A DNA stretch of 61,000 bases, counting the filler, from Asterionella formosa (Eukaryota), in NCBI GenBank assembly GCA_002256025.1. It is 5 parts of 5 records of this genome, joined end to end, with 100 filler letters (N's around TTAATTAATTAA, not from the genome) between each part and the next. Parts side by side here need not be neighbours in the genome. Positions count along the whole stretch, not along the records: positions 1 to 12,123 come from NKIB01007804.1; 4 more parts are not named here. One strand, 5' to 3'. Both the position numbers and the translations under genes were made by a program. This document shows, one piece after another, positions 1-12,223 of the stretch. The notes under the pieces were generated by a model. It saw nothing but the letters and a program-made list of their open reading frames with translations, was not told the DNA's origin and did not search any database. How positions within the stretch are numbered: position 1 is the stretch's first letter; every line of letters starts with the position of its first letter.

Positions 1-898
1 TTTTGGTAGCCTCAAGTGCCGCATTTTCAAGCCAAAATGCCTTTGCTGGCATGCCATCACGAGTGTTTACTACTTCCAGGTGAGAAAGACCCATTCGCGA
101 GAAACGCCGACGCGCCACACTTTTGTTTCTCATTTCCATTGTTTCGTTTATAGTTCCACTTCCTTGAATGCGGAGATCGAAGCCATTCTGTTTGACTGCG
201 ATGGTGTTCTCGCCGATACTGAACGTGATGGCCACCGTCAGGCTTTCAATCAGGCCTTTGAGGAGAACAACTTGGGTCTCGTTTGGGATGTCGAGCGATA
301 CGGTGTTCTGTTGGAAGTCGGGGGCGGAAAGGAACGTATGACAGCTCACTGGAACGAAGTTGGCTGGCCTGAGAATATTCCCGAGGAAGGTCGAAAAGAA
401 AAAGTCTTGGGATTGCATTTGAGGAAGACTGATATCTTCATGGATTTGATCGATGCCGGAAAGATCCCCCTTCGCCCTGGTGTTCTGAGAGTTGTCGACG
501 ATGCCATTTCGGCTGGTATTCGATTGGCTGTCTGCTCAACAAGTAATGAAAAAGCTGTCAGTAACTTGGTGTCTACTTTGATGGGAAAGGAGCGTGCTTC
601 TAAGTTTCAGATCTTCGCTGGTGATATGGTCAAGGTCAAGAAGCCTGCTCCTGACATTTATAATATGGCAGTGGATGTGATGGGGCTGGATAAGTCCCGT
701 TGCGTGATCGTCGAAGATAGTCACATTGGTTTGGGTGCTGCTAAAGCGTCTGGTATAAGCTGCATCGTGACCAAGAGCTCGTACACTGGGAATGAAGACT
801 TCACAGGTGCTGACTTGGTCGTCGATGAGCTTGGTAACGATCCTGTCACTGGAGTCACATTGGAGACATTGACCCGCCTCTTGAAAGTAAATGCATGA
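1..898 (+). CDS. cbbY: CbbY-like HAD phosphatase (xylulose-1,5-bisphosphate phosphatase family), probably plastid-targeted; 5' partial, exons <1..79 and 154..898
   Basis: HAD motif I FDCDGVLADTERDGHR, GGGKERM, KKPAPDIY and VIVEDS. Removing GT-AG intron 80..153 joins in frame to LVASSAAFSSQNAFAG..., a signal end + Phe (ASAFAP-like) presequence. Confidence 0.88.
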   Translation, partial: FGSLKCRIFKPKCLCWHAITSVYYFQVRKTHSRETPTRHTFVSHFHCFVYSSTSLNAEIEAILFDCDGVLADTERDGHRQAFNQAFEENNLGLVWDVERYGVLLEVGGGKERMTAHWNEVGWPENIPEEGRKEKVLGLHLRKTDIFMDLIDAGKIPLRPGVLRVVDDAISAGIRLAVCSTSNEKAVSNLVSTLMGKERASKFQIFAGDMVKVKKPAPDIYNMAVDVMGLDKSRCVIVEDSHIGLGAAKASGISCIVTKSSYTGNEDFTGADLVVDELGNDPVTGVTLETLTRLLKVNA

Positions 899-2021
899 GA
901 ATCATCATCAGATTCGATTAACTGTAGTTAGGTTGGGTGATGGCACTATACAATCACTCGGCATGCGAAGTGGCATGTGCTGTAACCAGGTGGTGGCAGG
1001 GTTGGAGCCAAGTTGCTAGTTGGATTACCGATATAAATAGTCGAAATTTTAGCGAACCAAGTTGAGCTCCATTCAGTAGACTGAAGCTACCACATACTTG
1101 TAGACTCTACATCGTAACTGTCATATTGTTCGTTTTACTTCAGCATTATACTGGCATACCCTCAGTATAGCTTGTTTTGGCCACTTGAAGAAATAATGAG
1201 GCCACGACCTACCTATGTGGGCACGAATGGTGCCTTTCTTTGCTACGACATACCTGGTGCCAGGGTACCTGGTACCTCCATCTACCGGTAAGTATTGGGC
1301 GGAACCTCCAGGTAGGTACCTGGTACTGCTGCCCTGGAATAAGCAGGTACTGATACCGAGGGTTGCGGTAATTTTGCTGAGACTAAAAATGTAGCTTTCT
1401 TTTATCCCAGATTAAAATGTTTATTTAAGCAAAATGACCGCAACTTGCCGGTAAATGCAGTCGGCAATGATCATCTACTTACCTTTATGTCCCTGGTATC
1501 TACTGTACTGTTAGAGAAGCTGATTTCAAAGCAAGAAAAACAAGATGTCGTTTTCCGATGTGAGAAATGGCGGGCTGCGTTCTCCTTGCGTCGGCAAGCA
1601 GGGAGGTCGTTATTTTCACTTTGTGTGCTATGATGGACGCACGTCCTGCGTCTATATATGTATCTCCATACCGGTAGTTACTCAACGCGCACGTCGTCTT
1701 GCTTGGTCGTGTTGATGTCGTACTTAGCGGAACACCTGGACAATGGCCAGACCATGGGTTTGAACTTTGTAATATACATACGGTATCCGTGTTTGAAGTG
1801 CTACGAAACGTCCGCCCGTGTGCATCTCCAACGGAGGCGGCTGAGTTCAAAAAGGGTCAATAACATTTATATTATAACGATCCTTTTTTACGAATCACTC
1901 GTTTCACTTACAATTGTGTAACATACAGGAACTAGCACACTCCGTTCTTTACTGATTTTCCCTTCACAGAAGGCAAATCAACTGCTCCCAAATTGAACAA
2001 GTGCTGTAGAATTGTTTAACA

Positions 2022-5000
2022 ATGGAGTTGGGAGCGCACGTTTGGCTCCGACGGGAAAAGTCCCATTGGGGCTGGGTTCCTGCCATCATCACACACAAGA
2101 ATGAAGTTGTGGTACAACACGTAAAAATGATCAATTTGACGCTGAGAGACGATTCTAGCATTGAGGTTTCTAAGGACTTTCAGCGTCGGCGTAACAATGA
2201 TCGATCCGACTATTTTGCAAATGCCGAGCAGTTCGAAGTCATTGTTACAGTAGATCCTGAGCAACTCAAGACTGCCGACCATGCCGACATAAAGCTGCGA
2301 AACCTTCCTACTTCATACCAGCTATCGGGAGAGGACCCAGAAGCTGGCGTGATCACCAGTCCTTCCACGAAGCTGGACGAAAGAGTGGTCGGTGGTGTTG
2401 ATGATCTCATCGGATTGACACACTTGCACGAACCCGCGATTTTGCACGCACTTCGCCTCCGATACGATGCGAACATTATCTACACTGCTACCGGTCCCAT
2501 TCTCATTGCAGTTAACCCTTTCAAATCAATGGAACTCTATTCAGAAAATACTATGGAGCGCTACCGATCTCAAGGTGAACAAGGTCTTAGTTCTACGAAC
2601 AAGGCAGACGATAATTTCAGCACACCTTTCAAGCGTAGCCAGCAAAAGAATAACACTACGAATAAGCGACTTCCACCGCATGTATATCAAACTTCTGACG
2701 ACGCTTATCGAGCCATGATGCGTGGATTAGAGAACAAGGCCTTGATGGGGACTCCCAGGCGAGAACTGCACAGGGGGGAATCCATGATTCAAACAATGCA
2801 GTTCGGCACACCAACGAACCAAAGCATTCTTGTTTCCGGAGAATCGGGAGCTGGGAAGACTGTGACCACCAAGATCGTCTTGAATTATTTGGCTATGCTT
2901 TCCAAGAAGCGCGCAGATGCTGATCAAAGGAGTTCACCTATGAAGAACCCCCAGAAGTCACCTGTGTCCGAGACTGTAAGCATTGAGCAGCAAGTGCTGC
3001 AGAGCAATCCAATTCTCGAATCATTCGGAAATGCTCGAACTATTCGTAACGACAACTCCTCTCGTTTCGGGAAGTACATTGATATTAGATTCACCACGAC
3101 TGGAAAATTGTCGGGTGCCTCTATTGAAACATATTTATTGGAAAAGGTTCGCTTGATTCGTCCATCTACAGGGGAAAGAAACTATCACATCTTTTACCAA
3201 TTTTTGAGCAGTGCCACCAGAAAGGAGCGTGAAGTCTTCTACATCGATAACATGCATTATGGCGATTTTCGTCTGTTGTGCGAGAGTGGAACATTCGATC
3301 GCCGCGACGGGGTGAGCGACGACGTGAACCATCAAGAGATGCTTGATGCAATGGTAAGTTTGATCTCCTTTTGTTTCTTTCCATTCACTCAAATTTGTTC
3401 GCTGACTCCTCCTGATTCTGATAACAGATAACAATAGGCTTCTCTCCAGAGACCATTATGTCCTTAATGCGTCTTGTCACAGCGGTCCTTTTTGCTGGAA
3501 ATATGACTTTCACCCCGTCCGCTGACGGCGAATCCTGTCGTCTTGACAAGACGGAAGCTGCCCTGAAGGCTGCCGCGTTATTGGGAGTCTCTTTTGAAGG
3601 ACTGGCTTCCTCACTTACCGAGCGTGTTATCTACGCTGGTCTGGAGGTTGTCAACAAGCCACTCCACAAGGAAGAATCTACCAAGGCCTGCGAAGCCCTT
3701 ATCAAGGCTGTCTACGGTGCTGCTTTCGATTTCATCGTGGAAAAAGTCAATGCTAGTATTGTTGAAGACACCACAAGTCACGGAAGCTCTGCAGCTTCCA
3801 TTGGAGTTCTTGATATTTTTGGTTTCGAAACATTCAATATCAACAATTTTGAACAGATATGCATCAACTATACCAACGAAGCACTTCAACAACAGTTCAA
3901 CAAATATGTTTTCAAATTGGAACAGCAGGAGTATGAGAGGGAGGGCATTCTGTGGAAGTTTATTTCGTTCCCTGATAATCAAGATGTTCTTGATTTGATA
4001 GACATGAAGCACACTGGTATTCTCTCCCTTTTGGATGAACAGTGTATCCTCCCAAAGAGTACCGATCAAAAGTTTACTCGATATTTGTATGCCCGATGTG
4101 ACAAGCATCCGCGATTCAATGCAACATCTGCTCAACGTGTTGACTACAAGTTCAGTATTGAACACTATGCTGGATATGTTGAATACACGACCGATGCTTG
4201 GTTGGAAAAGAATATGGACCAGCTTCCTGCTGCTTCAGCTGCTCTACTTACTTCTTCAGATTTTCCTCTAATCGGAGAAATTCATAGGTTTGTTCGCTCG
4301 GAGGATCGTGGCGGGCGGGGTACTGTAGCCACTAAATCTGTGGGTGCTCAGTTTTCAACTCAGTTACGGTTACTAAGAGCTCGAATTGAAACAACTGTCC
4401 CTCACTACATTCGTTGTCTGAAACCCAACGATGACCTAATTCCAGACTACTTCGAGCCTAAAAATATTGTGGAGCAACTGAGGTGTGGCGGTGTTCTCGA
4501 GGCTGTCCGTGTCAGTCGCGCAGGCTATCCTACCAGATACCCCCATGACGTCTTCATGGCAAGATATTACATCCTTGGCGACAGGAAGAATGTATCACCT
4601 GTTTCTCCTGCTTTCACGCCAGATCGTCAAACTGACCGTGAATCCGATTTGAAGCGTCTCATTTCAAAAATTGCCCTAGAACTTTGGAAGACAGATATCC
4701 AGATCATGCAGGCGATGCTTGAAGCAGAAAACAATCGCCGTTTCTCTTTTGTTTCACCGAAGAAGTTCCAACAGCCTGACATTCCACGCAAGCGCGATGC
4801 TGGCCCTAAAATTAATATTGGGGATGCTGCTCCATATGTGCCTCCTTTTAATATGGTAGTCGAAAGTTCAGTTATGACACCTGAAGAGAAACAGAAGGGA
4901 AAGAATAGTCGCAACATATTTTCTACAAAAGAAAGTGTATCCATCGGGATTGCTCGACCAGAAACAGAGGCAGAATTTAAAGCGCTTGATTTTGCAGCAC

Positions 5001-8000
5001 GTTGTGCAGTTGCTGGTTTGCAGCTGGGTCGGAACAAGGTTTTTCTTCGTCGGGAAGCGTTTGACCGAATCGAAGCCATGCGATCTGAAAAATTCTTCAG
5101 CTCTGCTGCCTCAATTCAGAAAATTGTCCGTGGGAAGCGCTGCCGTCAGTATTTCATGGCCATGCGATTGGCAGCTGTTATCGTCCAGTCTGCCTTCCGC
5201 ATGAAGCTAGGCAATAGGCGTGTCGTCAGAATGAGATCTCAGAAAGCTGCCATTATTATCCAGAAAGCATGGAGAATGAAAGCTGCACAGGCGATTAGTC
5301 TCGAGATTTTAATGAAAAGAAAGGCAGCTGCCACAGCTATTCAGCGCTTCTTTCGAACCTCAATGTATAAAGCTTCTCAAATTCAGAAAGAACTCACTAT
5401 TTCAGAGGAGCAAGTAATTCAAAGTGTGATTCGTTTGCAGGCTATGCACCGTGGTGGACTGACTCGCACGGTTTTGCTGGCAGCTGCAACCAGCGAAGAA
5501 TCAACACCGTTGCCTCCTCCCAGACAAGCGCCTGCACTTTCTCCTTCACCTGTCCAGCAGAGAGCTCCTCTTGCAATTGTTCCTGTCACCACTACCGAAC
5601 TCGCACTTAATGACGATATTCAGACTGAATTATACCGACAGATTCAAGAAGAGAACTGGTCGATGGTGGAACACATCTTGGACCGACATCCCGATCTTGC
5701 CGAAGCTGTGGATGTCAACAGTGGAGAACTTCCATTGCATATGATTGCTAGGCACTCTGGTGCATGGACGCTCCTTATTGATATGGTTCTCGTGTTGTAT
5801 CCAAAAGCACTCATTCATCGTGACCAGATGGGAGCTCTCCCAATCCACCATGCGGCCGCCCACGATAATCTTGCAGCGTTGGAGATTATTTATAGTGCCT
5901 ATAAGGAAGGAATCAACGATACAGATAAGAAGGGTCGCCTCCCTATCCACGTGGCTGCAGAGTTTGACGCCGTCGACACTGTCAAATTCTTGCTCTCCAA
6001 GGCTCCAGAGGGCGCATACACCATGGTGTATCGCCCTCCCAATAATGATGGTGGTGGTTTGCCACTCCACATAGCATGTCGCAACTATGCGTCGATTGGT
6101 GTCATCACTGCTCTCTTAGCCGAGAATTTTTCTTCTGCTAAGCGAACAGATGAAAATGGGGATCTCCCGCTGCACTTGTTATTACGATGTGGAAAAGTTG
6201 TTGACCAAGTTGTTGTCAAAACTCTTTTGACTTGTTTTGCGAATGCTGTCTCTAGAACGGACATGCACGGCGACTCTCCGCTAACAATTGCCCTGAAACA
6301 CCAATGTAGAACGGCGGTCATCAGCATCATTCTCATGCAGTACCCTGAGGCTGCTGGTGTTTTGAACGGTGACGGGCATAGCGCCCTCTTTTTGGCTTTT
6401 CAGCACAGTGCAGACGACCGTACTATCATGGGGCTTTTGAACCACGCACCCGAGCTTGCCACTGCTGTTGATCGTAAGACTGGACTCTTGCCAATTCAGG
6501 TCGCCACGGAGAATGAACACTCTCACTTTATTGTTCATAATCTATTGAAACGAGATATGCCAATCGATTTGAAGGAGAAGGTTCGTGCGCAGCTACTCCC
6601 ACACCATTATTCCTGGAACCATGTTGTGTCGAATACCGATGATTTATACCATCAAGTTGTTACAAAAGTTCTTCAAACTTGCACACAGCCACAAGTTCTA
6701 GCTTTGGCACACGTTGAAGGCCCCGATGGAAAGATCGCATTGGCTGCTGCCACTCCTGTTTGCAAGCATGAAATCCGTGTCATGCTACGTTTGTTCAATA
6801 CTTTAGAAGTTGTGAACCAGCGTCCGGCGTACACTAATCCTGTAAGCGATACACAGATATTTTACGCTCTCCGCTATGAACCCCCAAAGGAAAGCAACGG
6901 ACAGTTTACCCTTCTCCACGAAGACAAGAACGACGGAGGCGACAATGATTATCTTGAGGACTGGGATGACGCTTCTCAAGCCTCACCTATGTCCAGGAAT
7001 AGTATGCGTTCGACTTTGACAAGCAGATCTCAACAAAGTATTGAAGACAAACTTCGTAAGATTCGCAAAGAGAAAGGGCAGCAAGTAATTGCTAAACTTA
7101 CTTCAAGAGCTGACATTGTCGAACGGGAACTGAAAATACGGAAGGATCATCACTTGTCTCGCCATTATGTCCCGGCCATTATATCTGTACACCATACTGT
7201 GCAGCATGCAGCGTACAGCGAGGCCATGGCTGAGCCTGGCTACTGTGTGACAATGGAAGGTGCCGACACAACTGCTGAAAACCTCATGCTTGACTTGAGA
7301 AAGAAAGGTATGGTTTTCCCTCCAAAAAGTTTGAAGCGCATCGGAATTTCTTTGCTTCACATGCACGAACACGGTATCGTACATGGCGACTTAGGAACGC
7401 ACAACATAGGAAAGTTTGGAAGCCGATGGAAGTTGCTCGGAGTTGGAGGAAGCATCCCTATTGGCGACCCAACAGATCCCAACCGAGGCTTCTATCATCC
7501 TCCCGAGTCCATTGTCGTTGAAAACAAACGGGTAGCCATCGGCAAGAAACATGTCTCTGCCTGCGTTGTCTCAATCCCAGCTCAAACAACATACGACATC
7601 TGGGCATACGGTGTTGTTGTCTATGAAGCCAATGCAGGATTGCCTCTTGGCCCTTACGCATGTCGTGGAAAGCGGGCAATGAGCGTGATTGAGGTTGGCA
7701 AAATCGGCCATTGGGACGAAAATAGCCTCATCAAAGCTCTCAAACACGTTGAAAACGGCATTGCAAGAAATCTTTTGGGAAAGCTTCTCCATCCTGATCC
7801 TTCGCAACGAGTGCGATCACTGAGAGATGTCTTGGATCATCCGTTTTTCGCGGAAGGCTCTCTGCAAAGGGGAAATCAAAGTGATGTAAGGACCGTGAGG
7901 AGCAGCAAAGAAATCAGTAGCTCAAGACCGGCCACATCTCGACAGGACACAACTTCAACCGATAACAGGCAAGCCGGATTGTCATCATTCGGGGTTTCCA

Positions 8001-8251
8001 CAAATCATGGCATCATGAAGTCATTAAGTTATCCATCTGAAGTGACTCAATCTTCGAGCAACAGTTCTGGTGATGTTGAGAACAGGCTCAATGGTGTGTC
8101 CCCCAAGAAAGGCCGTGGTCGTGCATCGGGCAATGTTTTATCTGTAGGCTCCAGTAATGCTGGGCCAGCATCACCTGATGCTTCCCTGCAGAGCACAAAT
8201 TCCAGAAATTTTCGAGCCTTAGGTGACAGATTCCGACGACAAAAAGTCTAG
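2022..8251 (+). CDS. Unconventional myosin (~2051 aa): motor, IQ neck, ankyrin repeats, C-terminal kinase-like domain; exons 2022..3353 and 3428..8251
   Basis: P-loop GESGAGKT, LESFGNARTIRNDNSSRFGK, switch II LDIFGFE and IRCLKPN. IQ motifs include IQKIVRGKRCR and IQKAWR; ankyrin motifs include LPLH/LPIH; kinase-like motifs HGDLGTHN, DIWAYG and HPFF. Phase-0 intron 3354..3427 (GTAAGT...CAG) joins the two track ORFs. Confidence 0.95.
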
Positions 8252-10359
8252 AGACTTCCCAAGAAAATGTTTGAGTTTAGCAGTAAATTAGGGCATGGTA
8301 ACTTGCTTTGAATTGAATTTCCTCCATTCTCCACATAAAACTGTATGATGTGTGTAACTTGGATCTTCAATGGTGACAAGTCAGCAACAAACAACTAAAT
8401 ATACTTGAGCAGGAATATACATATATATGTAACAGCTGGACAGGACTTCTTGGGAAGATGCAAATTGAATTTAGCAACCCCTGGTCACCTCATACATCTT
8501 GCAAACACAATGCCATGATAATGCCAGAGAAAATAAAACATGGAGTAAGCTCCTACAAGCAATTTCATATAAATGTTTGCAGAATGTATCATCAAGCTTC
8601 CATGCTCTCCGAAATAGCAATGTTGGATGACACAGGCATAAGGCCACAAATAATGGAATGCATCCAATCAGTCAATAGGCTAGTACTAATATATGTAACA
8701 GCTGGAAATAAAATAAGAAATTTACTGTGTATACATGCTACTTGGAGACTTGTCAACATTTTGACATCAATGGATTGACTGTATTTCTCCAATAAAAATT
8801 GGTCAGGGGTCCAAAACCTGTATCAGTGATACACCAGTGATCATTACAAAAAACTGTTAAAAGAAATGATTCCATTTTCGAAACAAAAACCAGCTATAAA
8901 ACAGATTATATTCCGCAGACTATAATCCAAAAGAAGTTGATACTTTTCTAGTATTAGATCCTTTCTGCTCGATCCACATCCTTCAAAGAGGCCCTCTGTA
9001 GAAGCAAAATGAATTTTCTACGCAAGACGATGCTGGAAACAGGTGCATTGGTTAGATTAGTATATTTTGGCAAGTAAAAGCACCGCTAAATACATACATG
9101 TTACTTGTTTGGGGCTATTGATTTTCGTTGGTAAGAAGTGAACTGGCCTGTATATGTATAAGTAATATTGGCTATTTCTACCAAAGAGATATAACTTGAT
9201 CACCTAACAAGCATGCATTTTTGGACAAAAATTATTATTTATTATACTCCTGACATCAACTAATAAAGCTATTTTTTGTGCATGTTTAAATGTTTGAAAA
9301 GCTGGCCATCTGTGTCAATGGTTGCATCAGCCTCCCTTTTAAAGGGTGCGAAACAAGCAATCAGTGAAAAGAAATGGTCAACAAAAAACGTAGAACACGG
9401 TTCGAAAGAAAAACGAGCAAAAAAATTAATCGAGGTCAGGTTCACCTAGTTCTAGACTAATACTAAGGACATATTTAATATACATCATTTGGTTTGATAT
9501 AATTTTTTGGTCTGTTAGCTGGAGAAATATTGGTAGAACATTTACTATACTATTGAGCTGGCATCTCCCGGAAATACACATATACACTTTTGTAGAAAAC
9601 TTAATATAAAATATATATTTAGTTGTGTTTAACCGCTATGAACCATGTACTATAGCAATAAATGAATCAAATAGTCACTAAAACACACCACAAACTGAAG
9701 TAAATTGAGGTCGTCTCATTAACAACAATGAAACCTATGGCAAAAAAATAACCTCAACCACCATTCAAAAAGTACAAGATGATACCTAATTCTTTGGATA
9801 AAACTGTAGTGTCACAATTTAAAAATATATGTATTTGTGGAATTAGAAAGTTGAAAGGCAACTAACAATGGCAAACTAGCATATGAAGCAATATCGAATA
9901 TTGTTGCATTCGAGGCGGCTGCACCCGCTTGAATAACAATATCTATGGTCTAGTACTACTATTTACAGAAGCTAAATCAGGCGGGAATGGCAACTAATTC
10001 ACAAGTAACATTGCCTGCTCCTATGAAACTAAATGATTCAAAGTCGTTGGAAGTGCATACCTCATCAAATTCTACCCTGATAACAAATTCAAGTTTAAAT
10101 AATCAACTCAGGATATGCAGGAGAGACTTAATCAACCAAAAGGAAAGGAGCCATCATGTTGTGTTTGCTGTTGTAAAGGGTGACATTGTTGTTCTGTTGT
10201 CGAAAGCTTGGGATGAATCCTTGGCCTATATCGCTACAAACCAAAAAGCTGTTGAAGGCGCCAGTGATGATGAAAACAGGGCTGATGACTCTGCTGGCTC
10301 TCTGATTGGTGTCTCTCATCTTTCATCAAGAAAATATGGCAGTAATTTGTTGCGTCACA

Positions 10360-12123
10360 ATGCAAGTGAAACCGTACAAAGAGTTACAAAAAGGAAAACT
10401 GTGGGTATCAATAGCAGGCGAGATCAACAACCAACATTTCCGAAGGCCCGCTGCAACCTGCAGAGTCGAGGACAGCAGTTTAGGTTGAACGAGGTCATGT
10501 CATTGTTGGACACTGTTCTGACACATCTCACAATTGGATCACATGAATGGTAATGTGTAGCATCCAAGCACAATGAAAAAATTTACAGACAAGCATCGGA
10601 CTTTAACTTCAATTTGGCGAAAGTTTTTGTTCAACTACATAAAGAGAAAATACCAACTGGTGACCCAAAATGTCCTGCTGTGCTCTGATATGCTAAGCAA
10701 GTATTCCGAAAAATAGAGGAATTAGCAGATGCTAGTGGTGAAGTTGATTCCAAAGACCTTGGGATAGAAGATGGCAACAATGTTGAGGAATAATTCATGG
10801 TACTTGAGGACAGTCAAGACAATGCTGAAGTGATAGTACTCCTGCTTGTTCCGCTCCTGAAACACTCCTTCTGTTTCCCCTGGAGCAACTGTTCTGCTAG
10901 TGCAAGATTTCCTCGTTCTATGGTAGCCTCTCAGCTCAGGGATAAACCTAAATCAAACAATCTCGACAAAATATTGGCTCTAGTTTCAACACAATTGCTT
11001 CAAAAAGTGGAAACAAAAGATAATATTCCAATGCAGATGCAGACGCAGCAACAAAAGCAACTGCAAATTCAACACCGAATTCAAAAGCAACAGCAACAGC
11101 AACAGAACATGATGAATATAATGATGATGTCAATCATGTCATCAAAGTTGAACCATGGGATATCACAAACAACTACCTCAACTATCATTGTCGAACCCAC
11201 TCAGGCAATGATGAACTCAATGATAGCTTCGAATGTACTATCAATGCAGCAATCATTGCAATCTCCAAGCACAACAACCCCATTGAAAGTGCTAAACCAT
11301 CTTCATCTGCATCTATAGAATTTCAAACCCCAAATGATAATGATGGTGACAACGAAAGCAGTAGTACTAGTGTTGATGAAAAAGTTAAATGAATATAGTA
11401 AATCTAATTCTTTTAAACATTACTCAAAGACTTAAAATGAATATATGTTAGCACTTCTATGCAAACAGGGCATGTAAACCAAAGCAATTTGATTCTGATT
11501 GACTTTACTGGCGCGAAAATTGAATAGTAAAACAATCATTTGGAGTATTAGTTTCCTTTCACCATTCTCTTCATAACGAAATTTATCTTTCATCCTGGGA
11601 AACGACCCCTGAAGACACCTCATTCCCCTTTCAGACAACTGACTGACTGAAGTTGCTTGACAATTTATGCCAAATTTTTGTCGAGGATTACCGTTTGCAT
11701 CCACATTATTTTGATGGGATTTTAGCATTGCATTTGATTTCTTATATGCAAATGCTGAATTCAAAACTACTTTTTTACCTGTATCCCTGTAAACCATTTC
11801 AATTTGATCATAGATCGAAGACCAAATTGCCATGGTGGATTCATGGAGAACATCAGGTGCATTTAAGTAAGAGCAACAAATTTTTCCATCAGGAGAAAAA
11901 GAAACAAGTTTGTCACAGAGTGTTCATGAGTCCACTCATTTTAGAAATTGTTTTGATGCCTTTCATTTTCAGGTCATTGCAGGGTGAGTTTCAGACCATC
12001 CATTGCTCCCCAATAATTTTTTATCAAAGGGTACTTCTTATAAACTATGGATGCAAATAAAATGTTTTCAGCTGTAGTAGGTAGTCGAACAATGGCATTT
12101 TCATTAGTCCGAAGCACTTCAAC
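10360..12123. mobile_element. Degenerate PIF/Harbinger DNA transposon: transposase remnant on - (11432..12123) convergent with an accessory ORF remnant on +
   Basis: The minus strand reads WGAMDGLKL, WTHEHSVTNLFLFSPDG, ATSVSQLSERGMRCLQGSFPRMKD and LLFNFR (DDE_Tnp_4-like) with stops and frameshifts. The plus strand has IPTGDPKCP near 10650, typical of Harbinger-associated Myb-like ORFs. Truncated by a gap; left boundary approximate. Confidence 0.75.
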
Positions 12124-12223
12124 NNNNNNNNNNNNNNNNNNNNNNNNNNNNNNNNNNNNNNNNNNNNTTAATTAATTAANNNNNNNNNNNNNNNNNNNNN
12201 NNNNNNNNNNNNNNNNNNNNNNN
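12124..12223. other. Scaffold gap: 44 N + TTAATTAATTAA + 44 N (same structure at 24346..24445, 36566..36665 and 48784..48883)
   Basis: Identical 100-nt structure four times; the linker has stops in all six frames, so it is an artificial contig joiner. Confidence 0.97.

Noticed and set aside
10797..11318. Poly-Gln transcription factor gene
   Set aside because: It lies within the broken accessory ORF region of the Harbinger remnant, surrounded by stops and frameshifts.
12168..12179. TTAATTAATTAA palindrome recurring four times
   Set aside because: Always centred in a 100-nt N gap, so it is an artificial linker. Adjacency across these gaps is therefore uncertain.
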